A stretch of DNA of 63,645 nucleotides, filler included, from Conidiobolus incongruus B7586 (Eukaryota), in the NCBI GenBank assembly GCA_000697335.1. It is 7 parts of 7 records of this genome, joined end to end, with 100 filler letters (N's around TTAATTAATTAA, not from the genome) between each part and the next. Parts side by side here need not be neighbours in the genome. Positions count along the whole stretch, not along the records: positions 1 to 19,582 come from JNEM01006524.1; positions 19,683 to 26,412 come from JNEM01006526.1; positions 26,513 to 32,767 come from JNEM01006527.1; 4 more parts are not named here. The stretch is one strand, 5' to 3'. How positions within the stretch are numbered: the stretch's first letter is position 1; every line of letters begins with the position of its first letter. The position numbers and the translations under genes were made by a program. The notes under the pieces were generated by a model. It saw only the letters and a list, made by a program, of their open reading frames with translations. It had not been told where the DNA came from and did no database searches. This document shows, one piece after another, positions 12,150 to 27,023 of this stretch.

Positions 12150-13300
12150 ATATTAGTGTAGAAATTAAGTAATGGAATAATTTTAAAATTAAAATTAAAT
12201 AAATTAATAAATAATATAAAATTAATAGTCTTTATTATTATTAATAACTTTTTTCTATACTTTTAGTAAGCTTCTAATATTTAAATAATAGTTTTTTTTA
12301 TTAAAGACTAAAATTTAATATTTTACAAATTAATTTAATTTATGGTAAATTTTTTTATAAGCTAATTTTTTAATTATTTAAATTAATTAACATTACATAA
12401 GTTATAATTAAGTGAGTATACTAGATATAATAATTCTCTTTAGTTTTTTATATAAAAATTTTTTTATAGCTTTAACTTTATATATTTTATAATTATTATA
12501 TAAAATAATAGCTATCTTTAATTTATATTAAGAATATTATTTAACAAATATTTTATTTAAAAAAATAATATATAATTTACTATTAATTAATTTTCCTTAA
12601 AATATTAAGAAAATTATATACCATTATAATTTATTACAATAATTAACATTTATTTATATTTAAAGTATTTATTTATTAAAATTTATAAAAGGGATTAATT
12701 TAACTTAATATTTTATTTTATTTTTAATTAAAGGATTATATAAAAAAATTTAAATTTATTAATTATAAATATCTATTATAAAAACTTTTGTTTTTAATTA
12801 TACTTTAATAAGTTTAATTTAACTATAGCTATTTTATTTTTTTTAAGCTTTTATTAAATGATAAGATATTTATTTTATATTTTTATTAATTAAACTAAGT
12901 TTAAACTTAAATAAATATAATATGCTTATATAATTAGTATTAAATTACTTTAATAATTCTTTAACTAAAATAAAAAAGGTATTTTTTAATATATATTCTT
13001 ATTTTATTAGTAAGTAAAAAAATAACAGTAGAAATTAATTTTTTAGATTTTAGTAAATTTTAAATAATGTCCCTTTTAACTTTAAAATCATAAAGCTAGT
13101 GATATATAGTAGTTTTAAATAAAATACCATCTTTATAAGTTATTTATAAGTTTTAAATGATTTTAAAGGGTTTATAGTTAAGTTTTAAAGATACAAAAAT
13201 AAAAATCTTTTGATAATCATTATTTAGTTTAAATATAATTAAATTGAAATATAAATTTTAAAATCAAAATATTTTAATAAAAAAAATAATTAAAATTCAA
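12150..13300 (-). mobile_element. Heavily mutated mariner-family DNA transposon relic
   Basis: Minus frame gives …YKDGILFKTTIYH*LYDFK…K*ISYHL, restorable by transitions to a Mos1-type HTH and WVPHEL-like motif; homologous (inverted) to 57600-57800. Ends approximate. Confidence 0.65.
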
Positions 13301-13984
13301 TATATATATATATATATATAGTTTGAAAATATTTATTTTCCTATATATTTTATATATAAATAATTCTTCAAAATGTATAATATGTTTGAAAGATCAGAAA
13401 TTAAAAAATTTGCCATTTTTTAATTTTTATACTAATACTTCAAATAAGCTAAAGGTTTGTTTATATAATTAACATTTAGTATAATTAATTCAGTATAAAT
13501 CATTAAAATATTCCAAATCATATTCAATATCAATATTAATAGAAATGATCTTCAAAACTTATAAAATATTTAATAATTTGATTAATTTTAAAATTTATTT
13601 ATTATTAAACAAAATGACTTAAGTTTTTCTCTTATAATAATTAAAATTTCTGAAATTAAATTCGATATCAATTTTTATAGTTATAATTCTAATAAAATCA
13701 CTTCAATTAGAAAATGAAATAATTTAATTTGTATATTTATATGTATATTTAGTTCCATCTAAAGGTATTAGATTTTAGATTTTTTATATGATTCTTAATT
13801 ATATATTTGTAATTGTTTGTCTTAAGTTAAAAAAATGCAAAATCCCAATATGCAAGATTTTCTCAGAGTGTATTAAAGCCAAGTGAATTTTATAATCATT
13901 GTAATAATATACTTATATATATATATTATAGTAATAAATTTTAATATTTGATATTTTCCTTAGTTTATGAAAAGGGTTTTTGAA

Positions 13985-15316
13985 AGACTTTGAGATAAAG
14001 GAGTTTTTTGCTAAAATATTAAAATATTTTTATAATAAAGTCTGTGGTTTATTGGACATAAATAATATATATAAATATTGCTATTTTGTTTCAAAGTCCT
14101 TAATTAAGAATATATACTGTTTTATATTTTTAAATTATTGATAAATTTGATCAAATATCTTTTCTCAAATATTATCAATTTTGAAATCAATCTTAAATAA
14201 TATTTACTATAATTTGGTGAAAAAAAAGTATATAAAAAGATTTTTCTTTTGAAAATTTATATTATTAGATAAATAAATTTAATTAAGGACAATATTTTGT
14301 TAACAATAGGTCTAGATCTGATTTCCAAAGAATAATTATTAATGAAAAGTTTAAAATATTCAAAGATATATAAAAAGTCATGCTTAATTTTCATTAAAAA
14401 AATATTCCTAGTAATTTATTTATTAATTATTCAATTTATACTATACCTTGAAATATGAGTTAGGATTAAAAAATTATCAAAATAATATCTTATGAATTGT
14501 CAATATATCAAAAAAATAAAGAGAAAATATAATAATTGAAAATATTGGCTAATATAGAGTATATCACAGATTAATATTATAATATATTGATATTGATATT
14601 GATTCAAATTGTTATTCAGTATATATACCATTATTTTATATGAAATCTAGATTATATGCTCAACTTGAAAGCCTAATTTTAATTTTTCTAGAGTCAAAAA
14701 TTTTATGGAAATTTTTGATCTTTATATATTTTGATGATATTTGCTTAAAATTATTATTACATTAAAACTCCATGAATTGTTTTAATATGTTTTTTGAGAG
14801 AAACTTAAGAAAATAGTGATCATTTCATCAAGTTCAAAGGTCTCCAAACATTCTTTATAATGCCAAACTCCATAAAATAAACATTGTCAAAAACCTTATT
14901 AAATCAAAAATATGAACTCTATTGCCACACCTACCATATTCTCCAGATAAAAATCCCTGTGATTTCAAGGGTTTTGGGCTATTCAAGGATCATTATATTA
15001 GAACGGTATTTAAATATCTCAATGATGTTATATAAAATTAAATAAGGCAATTGAATTGCGTAACTATCATGGGGTTTCTAATATGATTAGGTGATTTCCA
15101 TAAGTTTCAACGTGTATTATATTAAATAAATGAAACCATATATTTGGTTATATTATTGTGTTTGTTATTGTTATTTATTAAATTGATTTGAAAAAAAGAT
15201 AATTTTTTGACAAATTATTTCACAATTTAATATTTAAAATATAGTTATTTTAAAGCTAGTTATTATTTCAATAGCATATACTCAAAATTTATCAAAAACT
15301 CATCGGTTCAACCCTA
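13985..15316 (+). mobile_element. Degenerate mariner element (~1.3 kb)
   Basis: About 14850-15000 reads LYNAKLHK…LLPHLPYSPDKNPCDF (cf. HDNARPH…HPPYSPDLAPxD); weak inverted terminal similarity between ~13995-14025 and ~15275-15316. Confidence 0.7.
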
Positions 15317-15615
15317 TTTCATTATCAAACAAAGATAAGATGATCCGATTCCACAAACCCTTGAATCCAAATATCCATCCAAATACCTGTTTATTTAAAA
15401 TTACCTTGAGAAATTGTGAAAACATAGCATCAAGACAACTATGGCAACTTTGTAACTAAAAATTGTGAAAACTCAAGAGTGAAATATTGATCCTGAGTTA
15501 TCCATCCACAATAGTTTAATGACTGAATATAATTTGATAACTCCTACACTAACATCAAAATAATATGAGAAATTTTTGTTTGATTATAATTAAATCACAA
15601 ATTTATTTACTATTT

Positions 15616-15624
15616 TCCCCATAA
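15616..15624 (+). promoter_or_regulatory. CCCATAA promoter motif variant (RKI1)
   Basis: About 80 bp before ATG 15704. Confidence 0.55.
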
Positions 15625-15703
15625 TTAATTTCAATTTAAAAGGGTATAAAACTATGCCAATCCCTAAAAGTATCCTTAAACTAAATTTAATCAACTTTAA
15701 AAA

Positions 15704-16610
15704 ATGGATTTAAATGCTGGCAAATCTGTAGCAGCTCATAAAGCCGTCGACGAAGAATTGTTACCTTTGCTAAAATCCGCCCAGAACGAAGGTCGATCCC
15801 TTATAGTAGGAATTGGTAGTGGCAGTACCGTAGTATACGTGGTGGAAGCTATTAAGAAATTGGACAAATCACTCACTCAACCTTGTACTTATGTACCAAC
15901 ATCCTTCCAAGCCAAGCACTTGATTCTTGATGCCGGATTAAAGTTAGGAAGTATTGAGACGTAAGCTCTATTTTCAAAAAAATAGAATTTTCATTAATAT
16001 GACGTCACTATTATAGAGTACCCTACGTAGATATCGCAATTGACGGAGCTGATGAAGTTGACAATAACTTAAACTCCATTAAGGGAGGTGGCGCCTGTCA
16101 CCTTCAAGAGAAGTTAGTAGCTAAAGCTGCTAAAAAATTTGTCATTGTAGCAGGTAAAATTCTTATTTTTACTTTAGTATTCCATAAAAGTTTAATGCTA
16201 TTTTTTTGTTAGATTACACTAAAGATTCTGAAGTATTGGGACAACAAGTAACCATAAAATAGCTTATATCATATACTTTTTTATTAAATATTTGTCGTTA
16301 GTGGCATAAGGGTATTCCTTTGGAAGTGGTTCCCATTGGTGTGAATCCAGTACTCAACTCCCTAAAAGCCATGGGTGGCGAAGGCAAACTCAGGATGAGT
16401 GGCGGTGGCAAAGCCGGTCCCGTAGTGACTGACCATGGCAATTTGGTAGTAGACGCTCACTTCAATGATATGAGCAATCCGGTGGATCTTGAAAAGCAAT
16501 TAAAAGGAATTTGCGGAGTGGTAGAGGTTGGATTGTTTACAGATATTTGTAACGTAGCATATTTTGGAAATTCTGATGGTAGTTTCGTGAAAAGATCACC
16601 TCCTCAATAG
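15704..16610 (+). CDS. RKI1: Ribose-5-phosphate isomerase A (4 exons)
   Basis: [55 protein letters not shown]. Confidence 0.95.
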
Positions 16611-17219
16611 ATTTTTATATTACACAAATAGTTTATGTTTTATAGACACAATATGATATGACTTAAAATAAAAAATATTGAATAATTATTATTATGTTCC
16701 TCTAATGATACAAATTTAGTGAGCACAATGACACAGTTATAATTACTATATTATCAATTGTTAATAGAATTAGAGAATTAATTTCAATATTAATAATATT
16801 AATAATATTAAATTATTTTAATAGATAATTCAATTATTGAAAAATTGAATTTAACAATGTAAACATTTCCAAGCACATCATATTAAACCTATGATCACCT
16901 AAATCAATTGAAGATATTTTGAATATATATTCATTTAACATTATTTTTTATCACTGTTATATTTTTGATGAATTTGATATTTATCCAGATGCTTATTTTA
17001 ATTTATATGGAAGTCAGTAATTTACTTATATTGAGAATTTTAACAGGAAATTCTGTAATTTTTATATGTCATATTGATAATATATTGTAAAAGAGTTTTT
17101 TATCTTCAAGTTAATTGGAGCCACAATTCAATTGGCTATTAGAAGGAAATTAAATGTTCAAACTCTGTATAATATTATGTATAATGAATTAAATATATTA
17201 ATAAATATATTCTACATTT

Positions 17220-18640
17220 TATTCAGCGCTTGTTTCTAAAACTACTTTCTATTAAATAATAGCTATAAATATCCTATCAATGACTGCCTTGATCCACTAT
17301 CCAATTTCTAGATTTTATAGAATATGCACTCTCTTTGTCTGATGCAATACCCATATCGAACTCGCGATCCGAATCAAATAAGATTCGTTTGTTGTACTCT
17401 GTTCCATGAGATAGTCCACATAATCTCCCATAAGTACACCTATTTCTTAATAATGTTGTCATGAGCCAGGTGACTCCCTTCTACCCAGGTATTCTTACAT
17501 CAACCTAATGTTAAAGTCATTTTCTCCTTGCATACTATCTGCTCCCGCTCTATCTTTTAATTGGCCGATGATGCAAGTCACAGAAGAATCTCATGAATCA
17601 CTTTACCCAACTTACTCTATATAAAACCTGGAATTAGAGCTATCCTCAACAAGAAGAGTTCGATCTGGGTCCTCCCAGCTTTTTGACTTAAACCAATAAA
17701 CCCCCTATCTCCCTAACACTTATATGGAATTCCCCAGATCTCTCTTTTATCTAAACTACTCTGGACACGGCTTTCTCAAGACGTGTTAATATATTGATCT
17801 ATATTATTAATGTTATAATAGATTACCTAATGCCATTAAATCATAGCAACAATTTCTCTCATAAGTCAGAGGATGAGCGTTGGATGCTTGGTAATAATTA
17901 GAAGCTATTTCGATTAAATTTTGGACAGCACCCTAACCAATCGTTAATAATCTTATAATAAAGTAATAAATTCATACTTATAGGTTTGGAAGCTTCAAAT
18001 TCTAATACTCTGTGAGCCAAAATGTCAATTAATACACCATTAGATTTAATTAAATATAATATCACCTCTAAAGTCCCAATAATTATGATATTTCTTGGTA
18101 TTAAAGGATCATTTGCTCAATTTAGTGTCTTCTCTAACACTACGTTTTATAGTTTGTTGAAATTTACTCTCGTATTTCATCATCGTAACTAATTCGGGTA
18201 CTTCTGCTGAATTTAATGCATATAACAATCTATTACAACTATTAGTTGGGACATCATAATAATGTTTAGCAATTTACCATTTGCACATCAGTACATCCCT
18301 ACCCAATTTCTTCCTACATTGCTGGAAGCTGGGTCTTTCAAATAATCCTTTGGGATTTTCCAACTCTTGAAATACCAATTCTCTAGCGATTATACTCTCT
18401 TACATTTCGTCTATTGAAGAGTCGTTATCTACCTCCATTTGATTTTCGCCATAATTCATTTCTCTTTGGCTTTCGCTATGTTCTTTGTTCGAGGCAGAAT
18501 GGTTATCTTCAACTTCATCGGAAATATCCATCTTGAAATTTCTGCGATTTATTTGACCCAAACTCAAAACTCTGTTCATCCTCTTCTTCGTCAACCTCCA
18601 ATATCAATGGTAAATTGAACGACATCACCGACTTAAGTTG
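17220..18640 (-). pseudogene. Decayed multi-exon gene of uncertain identity (weak resemblance to the Nup155/Nup170 C-terminal region)
   Basis: Higher-GC island with splice-like boundaries and stop-interrupted frames, e.g. EY*NLK…GAVQNLIEIAS…ERNCCYDL; family assignment is only a guess. Confidence 0.35.
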
Positions 18641-21600
18641 TTATACCCAAGTATCTGCACTTAGTCGGTAGGTAGTGACAAACTACTGCTCAATTTGTTA
18701 TTCCTCAAGGAATTCAAGTCTCCAATCTCTATTAATTCATCAAAAATGTCGAAATCCATAATTTGAATTATATATATATATATATTTACTCCATAAAGCT
18801 AAAGTAAACAGATTAACATTATTCCATTTTATTCAATATCATAAATATATCTCGATTTTTATAAATATATTGTTTATTTTTATTCCTTTATTGTTGATTT
18901 CCATTTATTATCAAATATAAATTATTAATTTTTTGGGAAGATTAATTTCAAAAAACAAAAATTAAGTCTTTCGATATATTATATTATTACATTATTAAAT
19001 TCTTATATTAGCTATCATAAATTAAATTATTAATATTATAATCAATTAATAATTTATTTAAAATAATATTCTTTATATGAGTAATTAATCAATGATGTAG
19101 AGAATTCTCTTCGTTTTTATTTTTTTAATAGATCATAAAAATTAAATAATAATTCTTTTTCTAGTAACAATATTCACACTGTTAAACATTTGATTATATT
19201 AGAAAAATTTAAACATATTGAAATACATTATTATATAAATCAATTTAAATTAAGTATATTAATATTATTGATTTGAATTTTGGTTGGTATAAAAATGTAA
19301 ATATTATCTATATTTATTTAAACTCTTAAATATTTTGAAATATTTACTCATAGTTCGAGACAAAAAAATCTTTTAAAATTTTTGATAATATATAAATTTA
19401 TCTATTATATTATGATTGGATAGATTAAATTAATTATATATAAATATATATTTTAATTTATATAAAACTATTTATATTTAGAGAATACAATAATATATTA
19501 CTTTATTTTTGATATTCTAAATATATAAACGATATATTATTTAGTTAAATTATTTTTTATAGAATATTATAATAAAATTATTNNNNNNNNNNNNNNNNNN
19601 NNNNNNNNNNNNNNNNNNNNNNNNNNTTAATTAATTAANNNNNNNNNNNNNNNNNNNNNNNNNNNNNNNNNNNNNNNNNNNNTATTTTTAATAACAATGC
19701 ATATTAGAGTATTTATTATCAAATTACAAATATTATTGAAATTATAAATAAATTTAATATTATAATTAAAAAATTCCAAAATTTAATTTATTTTTTAGTA
19801 TTATATCTATTATAATAAAATTAATTTAATAATATTATTTATAATTATTATATAATAATATCTCTCTTTTTAGCTAGCTAAATAATAAAATCACAAAGCT
19901 ATAACATTATAATATAATCAAGCTAATATTCACAAATCTTAAAAATTCAGTGTGTGAAAAAACATTAATAAATACTATATTATTATATTATTTAACACTT
20001 TAAATTAATAATATATAAAAAAAATAAAAAATTTTAACTATTTGTGAGGGTAATCAAAATGATATAGCTCAAAATAAATTAAAGATAATTTATCAATAAT
20101 TTAGTATTTAAGTATATAATTAATTGGAGCTAAATATATTTCCTTTAAAAATATCATTGTCTGAGTTTTAATTTATTTTCAGCAATTTACTATTTCTAAA
20201 ACAAAACAAATTTATTTTGAAGTGCTTGATTATATTCTAATATTACTGGTAATATAAATTGTGTCATTTTTCAAATCATAAAATTCATAAAAATCACTTT
20301 TTGAAACATGAATGTTTATAAATAAATTGATTAATTTATTCTATGTTAATATTACTTATCTTAATTTAAACAGCCAAGCAATATTAAAATCTAAGCTTTT
20401 GTTGTGATTTATATGATTTTTCAATAAAGATGCTTGAGAGTAAAATATTTAAATAGTTGATTTGGTAAATGTTACATCTAACAAAGAGCATTGGCTTAAC
20501 TATCCAATCGAGAAGTACGCTTAATTTTGAAATATAACACATTGCAAAAACATATTGATCGCTCTGATATAATAAATTAATGTTTATAAAATAATATCAT
20601 AAATATAGTTTAAAATAAATAATTAATGCATTATTTTATATAGTAACAGAATATTTTTTTTGTATTTGAGTTAAATTATATTTTTTAAATTAATTAATTA
20701 ATTTAAATTAATAGTTTAATTATTTTTGACTAATAAATTTAGAAAATTGCATATATTGCAATATATATTTTACGTTCATGCTTTTAATAATAGAAAAAAT
20801 CATAATAATTCCTAGTGTAGAGAATTGCCAATTACTGTTAAAATTTGATAGGTAGATAGTATTTTATTTATTCAATCGTAAAAATCACAATAGTATCAAA
20901 TTTAAACTATACAATGAAATTTTTCAAATCAAAGTAACAAAAAATGGAGCCTTTATTCCAAACAATAAATAATTTGTATAATTGTCAATTCCCTCGAATT
21001 CCTACGTTGAATTATTTCTATTTTATATGCCAAACTTCTATTTAATTTTATTAGATATACTCTTTTAATCCAAAATATACTACAATTTTTAAATTTTAAT
21101 ATGATATTTTAAAACATTTAATATTTCATAATATTGAATTTCAATAATTAAGAATCTAGACAATAAAATTAATTGTTAATTTATTCCATTTGAAAAGTAA
21201 ATATAATTTATTTATAGAAAGAAAATAGTCATTACTTTCAAAATAATTTAGGAGATAATATAGTTAATAATCTACTTTCTTTAACTTTCACTAATTTTAT
21301 TTCAGAATATTTGAATCTCAGATAAAATTTGTTTAACATACATGTACTTTGCAAATTAAATTAAATTAGCTTCAAGATATTTAATAAAACCTTATGTAAA
21401 TATGGTATTAAATATAAGAAATAAATTTTAGATAGACTTCAATGAAGGTAAAATAAAATAATCAATAATAGAAAGCAATATTGAGTTGAATAAAGAAAAA
21501 AACATATTATGGTTCAAACTATGAAACTCAAAGGAGAAAACTTGATATACTTGATCATTTAACTGAAAAAATAGCTGATTATCTCACAATGATATTCTTG

Positions 21601-21966
21601 GTTAAATTAATATTATATGGAATCACCATAAATATAAAATATGAAAATAATATTTAACCAAGTTATATTAAATCATAATTATTTATCATTATATTTTATT
21701 TTATTTGGTTACGAATCATCTATTATTGAATATATTGTTTAATAATTTTGATACATTTTTAATCGGAAAAACTTAATATTATATATTTGCTTGATACCTT
21801 AATCAATAAATTATTATATAAATATATAACTCTATTATGTATTCAAATTCTCAATATTAAGCTGGTTTTTAAAATATAATTTAGAAATTAAGTTTGCTAT
21901 ATATTTAGACTGAAATTTTAGATTATTTAATAGTCAATATAGAGAATAATCATACTAAAGTATATA

Positions 21967-21971
<5 letters not shown>

Positions 21972-22001
<30 letters not shown>
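21972..22001. repeat. (AT)n microsatellite
   Basis: Direct reading; similar tracts at ~13300-13320 and 37771-37800. Confidence 0.9.
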
Positions 22002-22004
<3 letters not shown>

Positions 22005-23582
22005 TAAATATATTATAGATAAGTTGAATATTAGTTTAGTATGTTTTATTAAATTATTTATAATTTTTAATATCTAAAACAAATATCCAAAGGAAAAAGA
22101 ATTTTGTACTAAACTCTATCAAGAAATTAAAGTGATTGGGATTTGTCAATTGATTTTATTCTCCAGATGATGTGTATAATATGGCTACTTGAAAGATGAT
22201 CTCATTGGTTTAAGTAACTTCCTATTTTTTATTATTTCGCCCCTTACATCATTTTGATTCTTATAACCATTTCATTTGAAAAAGCTCTTTAAACGGTTAT
22301 CAAAATTGATTAATAAAATTGTTAGATTTAAGTAATTTTACCGATATTATTAAACTTAAAAGTATGTAGAAAATGTGGTACCGCTATATTCACATTATAT
22401 TTCAAATTAAATTAAATACAATATATCAGAATTAATCATTATATTCAAGCTAATCAAACTATCGATGAGAATAGAAAAATAGATTAAAATAATTCATTTA
22501 AAGAATGTAATTATTCATTTAGAATAAAATTTTGATTCAAATTAATTAATTGTCACTTTTCTAAATTTTTTGATTAACAAAGAAAATCAATTTTATTTTT
22601 AAAAAGGAGATTTTTCTAAGATAAAATTGATTCAGTTATAACTCATCACCTAATGGTCTATTTTAATAAATGAGATTTGGTTAATTGGGATTCATGAATT
22701 ATATCTCTATCAAGTTTAGTATATCATCCTTAGTGTGTTTATGGTATTAAATTGCCTAGATCTTCGATATACACATCTTTAATCAAGTCCCCGTTATTAT
22801 TTGAATATACAGTCTAATATTGCGATGCTAAATTATGGATCAATATATCCACTGATAGTAGTATATATTTTAGGATCATCTTGGTGAAATGAATATAATA
22901 TCAAAAATTTTTTTTCTTAATTCTTATTCAAGAGATTCAGAGTATTTAATAATTGAATAGAAAGGGTAATAAAATTGTTCGGAATATTCCTTTAAAAACG
23001 CCTCTATTGGAGAATAAGGAGTAGGTGAGCACCACTTCCCAAATCAGATATTAACGAAGAGTTCAAACTTTAAAATCTTTTTTATTGAATATTAAACTTT
23101 ATCAAACCAAATATTTATAAGAGTGTGAAAGGAGACTCTAAGCCAATTAAAATTATCACGTGACTTTGGTCGGTTTTTAATTCATTTTTATTCCTTGACA
23201 TATTTGGAAGTACACTAATCAACTCATATTGAATCTCCTTAATGGGATAAAGCAAATCATTTATACAAAAAATTTCAACATAAGCTAACCTGACCAATTC
23301 GCTCCTCAATATTTGCAAATTTCTTATTGAGTTAAATTCATCATCTACATTTAACGATATTTAGATAAGAATTGTTAACCTGTTTCAGAAAATATAACTG
23401 GAGTCCATACTCCCTTAAAGTGCACCCTCCTCTTATCTCCCTCCAAAACCTGGCTCATTTGGTCCCTATTTTCAGGTTCTAATTATAGTTAAACTATTAT
23501 TGGCCCAGCTCATATAAATATATCTCACCTATCTTATTTTCAAGTATCAACTCTTCTACTGCTTTCTAGCTCACCCTTCGCA

Positions 23583-24245
23583 ATGGATCCCTCTCAGTCT
23601 AATCCTCATGTTCAAATGAACTATACTATTGATCATCAAGTTGCTTATCCAGTGATGAATACTGCTCTTGAGCAACAACGCCATATGCAAATCGAACCTC
23701 TTCATCCCCCACTCCCTAATCAACTTCCTTCCCTCTCTCAAGTCTTAGGTAATATGCTTATTTCAAATAAGCAAGTCACACCTATTCCTCAGTTAGATTA
23801 TTACCCACGACTCACTGTCCAACCAAACACCTATCCAGCTGCCTTCCCAACCGCTCTCCGCTCCCCATACGACCCAACAACAATGAGAGCTTGGCCCAAC
23901 ACTCTTTTCCCTAACTCCATTCCTTCTTCCACTCCCCTTTCTTTTATCAGCCACCAAGACCCTAGTCTCAAAAAGCGACCAAGACGTCGTCATCACGAAG
24001 TCGAGAGGCTGTACCAATGCAATTATCCCCGCTGTCCCAAAGCTTATGGTACATTAAACCATCTAAATGCTCATGTACTTTCGCAGAACCATGGGCCAAA
24101 AAGATTACCAGCAGAATTTAAAGAAATTCGCAAGCTCTGGAAAGCTAAAAAAGAGAAGGCTGCAGCCGCGGCCGCTGCGGCAGCAGCAGCAGCAGTTAAC
24201 TCTCAGCAAATAACGGCATCTCAACCACCAACTCACCACGTATAA
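23583..24245 (+). CDS. Con7-like fungal C2H2 transcription factor
   Basis: KRPRRRHHEVERLYQCNYPRCPKAYGTLNHLNAHV…HGPKRLPAEFKEIRKLWK matches the Con7 family signature; Pro/Gln-rich N-terminus; poly-Ala tract. Confidence 0.9.
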   Translation: MDPSQSNPHVQMNYTIDHQVAYPVMNTALEQQRHMQIEPLHPPLPNQLPSLSQVLGNMLISNKQVTPIPQLDYYPRLTVQPNTYPAAFPTALRSPYDPTTMRAWPNTLFPNSIPSSTPLSFISHQDPSLKKRPRRRHHEVERLYQCNYPRCPKAYGTLNHLNAHVLSQNHGPKRLPAEFKEIRKLWKAKKEKAAAAAAAAAAAAVNSQQITASQPPTHHV

Positions 24246-26512
24246 TATTTTAGCCTTGAGCAGTATGTAGTATTAGAGATTCAATTTAACTGATGAATAG
24301 CACCCTGAATCCACTCGCTACCCTTTTCCAATCCCATTATTAACATCACCAAAATCTATAACCCATGCAATTTAGTAAAGTCACCACATCGGGACTCTGA
24401 TGCACTCGGCCAACCAGCATTCAAATCTTTAAACTCATAATTAATTTAAATCTTGAAAATCATTTGATAAGCGACAAGATTGACTCTGGATTCGCATCAT
24501 ATCATCATTTTATATTATTCAATAGACAGCACTTATTTCACTGTATTAATTAATTCTATCCTTTATGTCTCAGAACCCCTTTAAAGACGCTCATAGTGAC
24601 CCTTTTCCCTTAAAATAATGAATATTTAATTCATTTTTTATTAAAAAAAAGTTGAATACAACTGTTTTATTTTCTATTTTCATAAAAATAAAAAATATAA
24701 ATAACAATTAATTATAATAATAATAATAAGGGTGTATGTATTTGAATCTGCACCATATGTTGTCATTTATTGGATTTAGGAATTAAACGTCATTAAAATT
24801 ATCATGTGGTTATTTTTTTGTTTCAATTTATAAAAAGTGGTCAAATTTAAAATTTAAAAAATTGTTTATTATTATTACAAAAGATATTAAACTTAACATT
24901 TATTATCAATTATTTTTTAAAATTATTTTTATATAATCAATTTACAAATTGTAAATATTAAAATAATATAATTTATTCAAAAATTAAATAATTTTTATTT
25001 AATTATATACATAACTTAATTTACAATCTATTTTATAATATTATTATAATAATATTTCAATATTTGAAAAAGGATAATTGATCTCGATGTTATTCCTGTT
25101 TAATTTATAATAAAATAAAATAATTAATAATATTTGACACTCCTTATTAAATTCAAAGAATGAAATAAAAAAACATCATCAAATCCCCATATTTACCTAT
25201 TGTTACTTCATCTTTACATTGAAATCTTTCAATTTAAATAAAAATTTTCATTTGCAAAATCTCAAATTCATTAATTTTTCCACCCTCACCCCCTCACTCT
25301 TCCCCCTCATTACCTCCACAACTTACCTCGGTCAAATTTAACCACTTCAATCATTAACATTTATTTCTTAGCTCTCAACCAATATCTTATCCTTGATTAC
25401 ATTCTGAATTGATTTATATTATAAATAAATTTTATACTCAAATTATAATAAACATATAACTTTGTCAATAATTTATAAATTATTATTATTAATTTTAATT
25501 AATTTTTATTTTTATTAATTTTATAAAAATTTAATTATATTATTATAAAAATAACAATATGAATTTATCCGAATTTTTCTTTTTTTTATTATGCAAAAAA
25601 AATAACCTTATCAAATATATATACATGTATATATGTGTGTATATATATATATAAGAGTAAACAAATATTTTTCTTATTAATGATTGGTATATTATTTTTT
25701 TATTTCAATTCAACTATTCTATCTTGATTAAAATAGGGTTAAATCTTTTAAACCCCTTTTTAAATTTTATATATAATACCCCACTAGAACTTAGTTCCAA
25801 TTCATGAAACTTTAAATCGGAATCAATACCAAAATTAATAAAGTTGGATATTATTAGTATGATGTTGCTAATAATGATCAATTACTCTGTTAAGCTAACC
25901 ATAAATAAAATTCTTATGATTGGAGTAAAATGTTGATTTAACTAGGATTAATTTTTTAATGTACAACCATGTGCTAATCATCACTAATATAGCCGATTCT
26001 CTAATTCTAAATTAGAATAGCTCAAAATGTCTTTCTTTATCAACATTACTGTATCATTACCTACATACTTTCTAGTTTATGATACTGTATAATTATGCTA
26101 TATTATATATTTATATAAAATTCTACATTGTAGAGTGATATTTAATTATTAATCTATTATATTGCGATAATAATCAAAAAAAATTTTTAATTTTGATGAC
26201 TTCATTAAATAATTGATTAATATAATATACAAATAATAATTTTAACAAACATATATATATTTATATATTAATTTATCCTTTTTATTTAATTTTTACATTA
26301 TTAATATTATTAAAATATTATAATTATAGTTTTTTTTTTGATAAAATTATTTTATATTATTTGATTATATATTAAATTTTTTTTTAAAAAAATATCATAT
26401 GAAATTTTAAAANNNNNNNNNNNNNNNNNNNNNNNNNNNNNNNNNNNNNNNNNNNNTTAATTAATTAANNNNNNNNNNNNNNNNNNNNNNNNNNNNNNNN
26501 NNNNNNNNNNNN

Positions 26513-26649
26513 CAAATTTATTTAATTTAATAATATAAAAATATATTTTAATAGATTTAATATAAAAATAAATATATTAAAAAAATTAAAAAATTACTTT
26601 ATAATTATTATATTATTATAATTTATAAATATAATAGTAAATTAATTAT
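26513..26649 (+). mobile_element. Tc1-like transposase relic, left part (interrupted by the Gypsy element)
   Basis: Joined to 32257 onward it reads KYNSKLIIV*R, restorable by transitions to KHGGGSIMVWG. Confidence 0.6.
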
Positions 26650-27023
26650 TATAAATATTATAATAATTGCTACTTAATTGATATTTTTCTTTACTCTAAT
26701 ACACTACTAAAGACCTAATTATTTAAATTAAACTTTATCAATATTTTACAAATCCCTACATCTGAGTAATTTTACTATTACTTAACCTTATATACTTATA
26801 TATATATATTCTACTTAACTATAAGAAAAACTTAAATTTTTCTCTCTAGCTGGGATTTTAACTTATATTACTTCTTACACAAATAAACCTTTTGCTTAAC
26901 TATTAATATATTTCTTATTATTATTAGTTAATACCTTAATATTAAAGGATTTATTTATTATATATTTCTTAAAGTATTAAAAAACTTGCTTCTTTTACCT
27001 TTAACTATTGTTATTTATTTATA
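26650..27023 (+). repeat. 5' LTR of the Gypsy element
   Basis: Colinear with 31878-32251 without indels; followed by a PBS-like TAATAGC (restorable to TGGTAGC). Confidence 0.9.

Noticed and set aside
19583..19682. N-runs with central TTAATTAATTAA (also 26413-26512, 32768-32867, 51074-51173, 58455-58554, 60316-60415)
   Set aside because: Identical 100-bp scaffolding linkers; an assembly artefact, not a biological repeat. Adjacency across them is uncertain.
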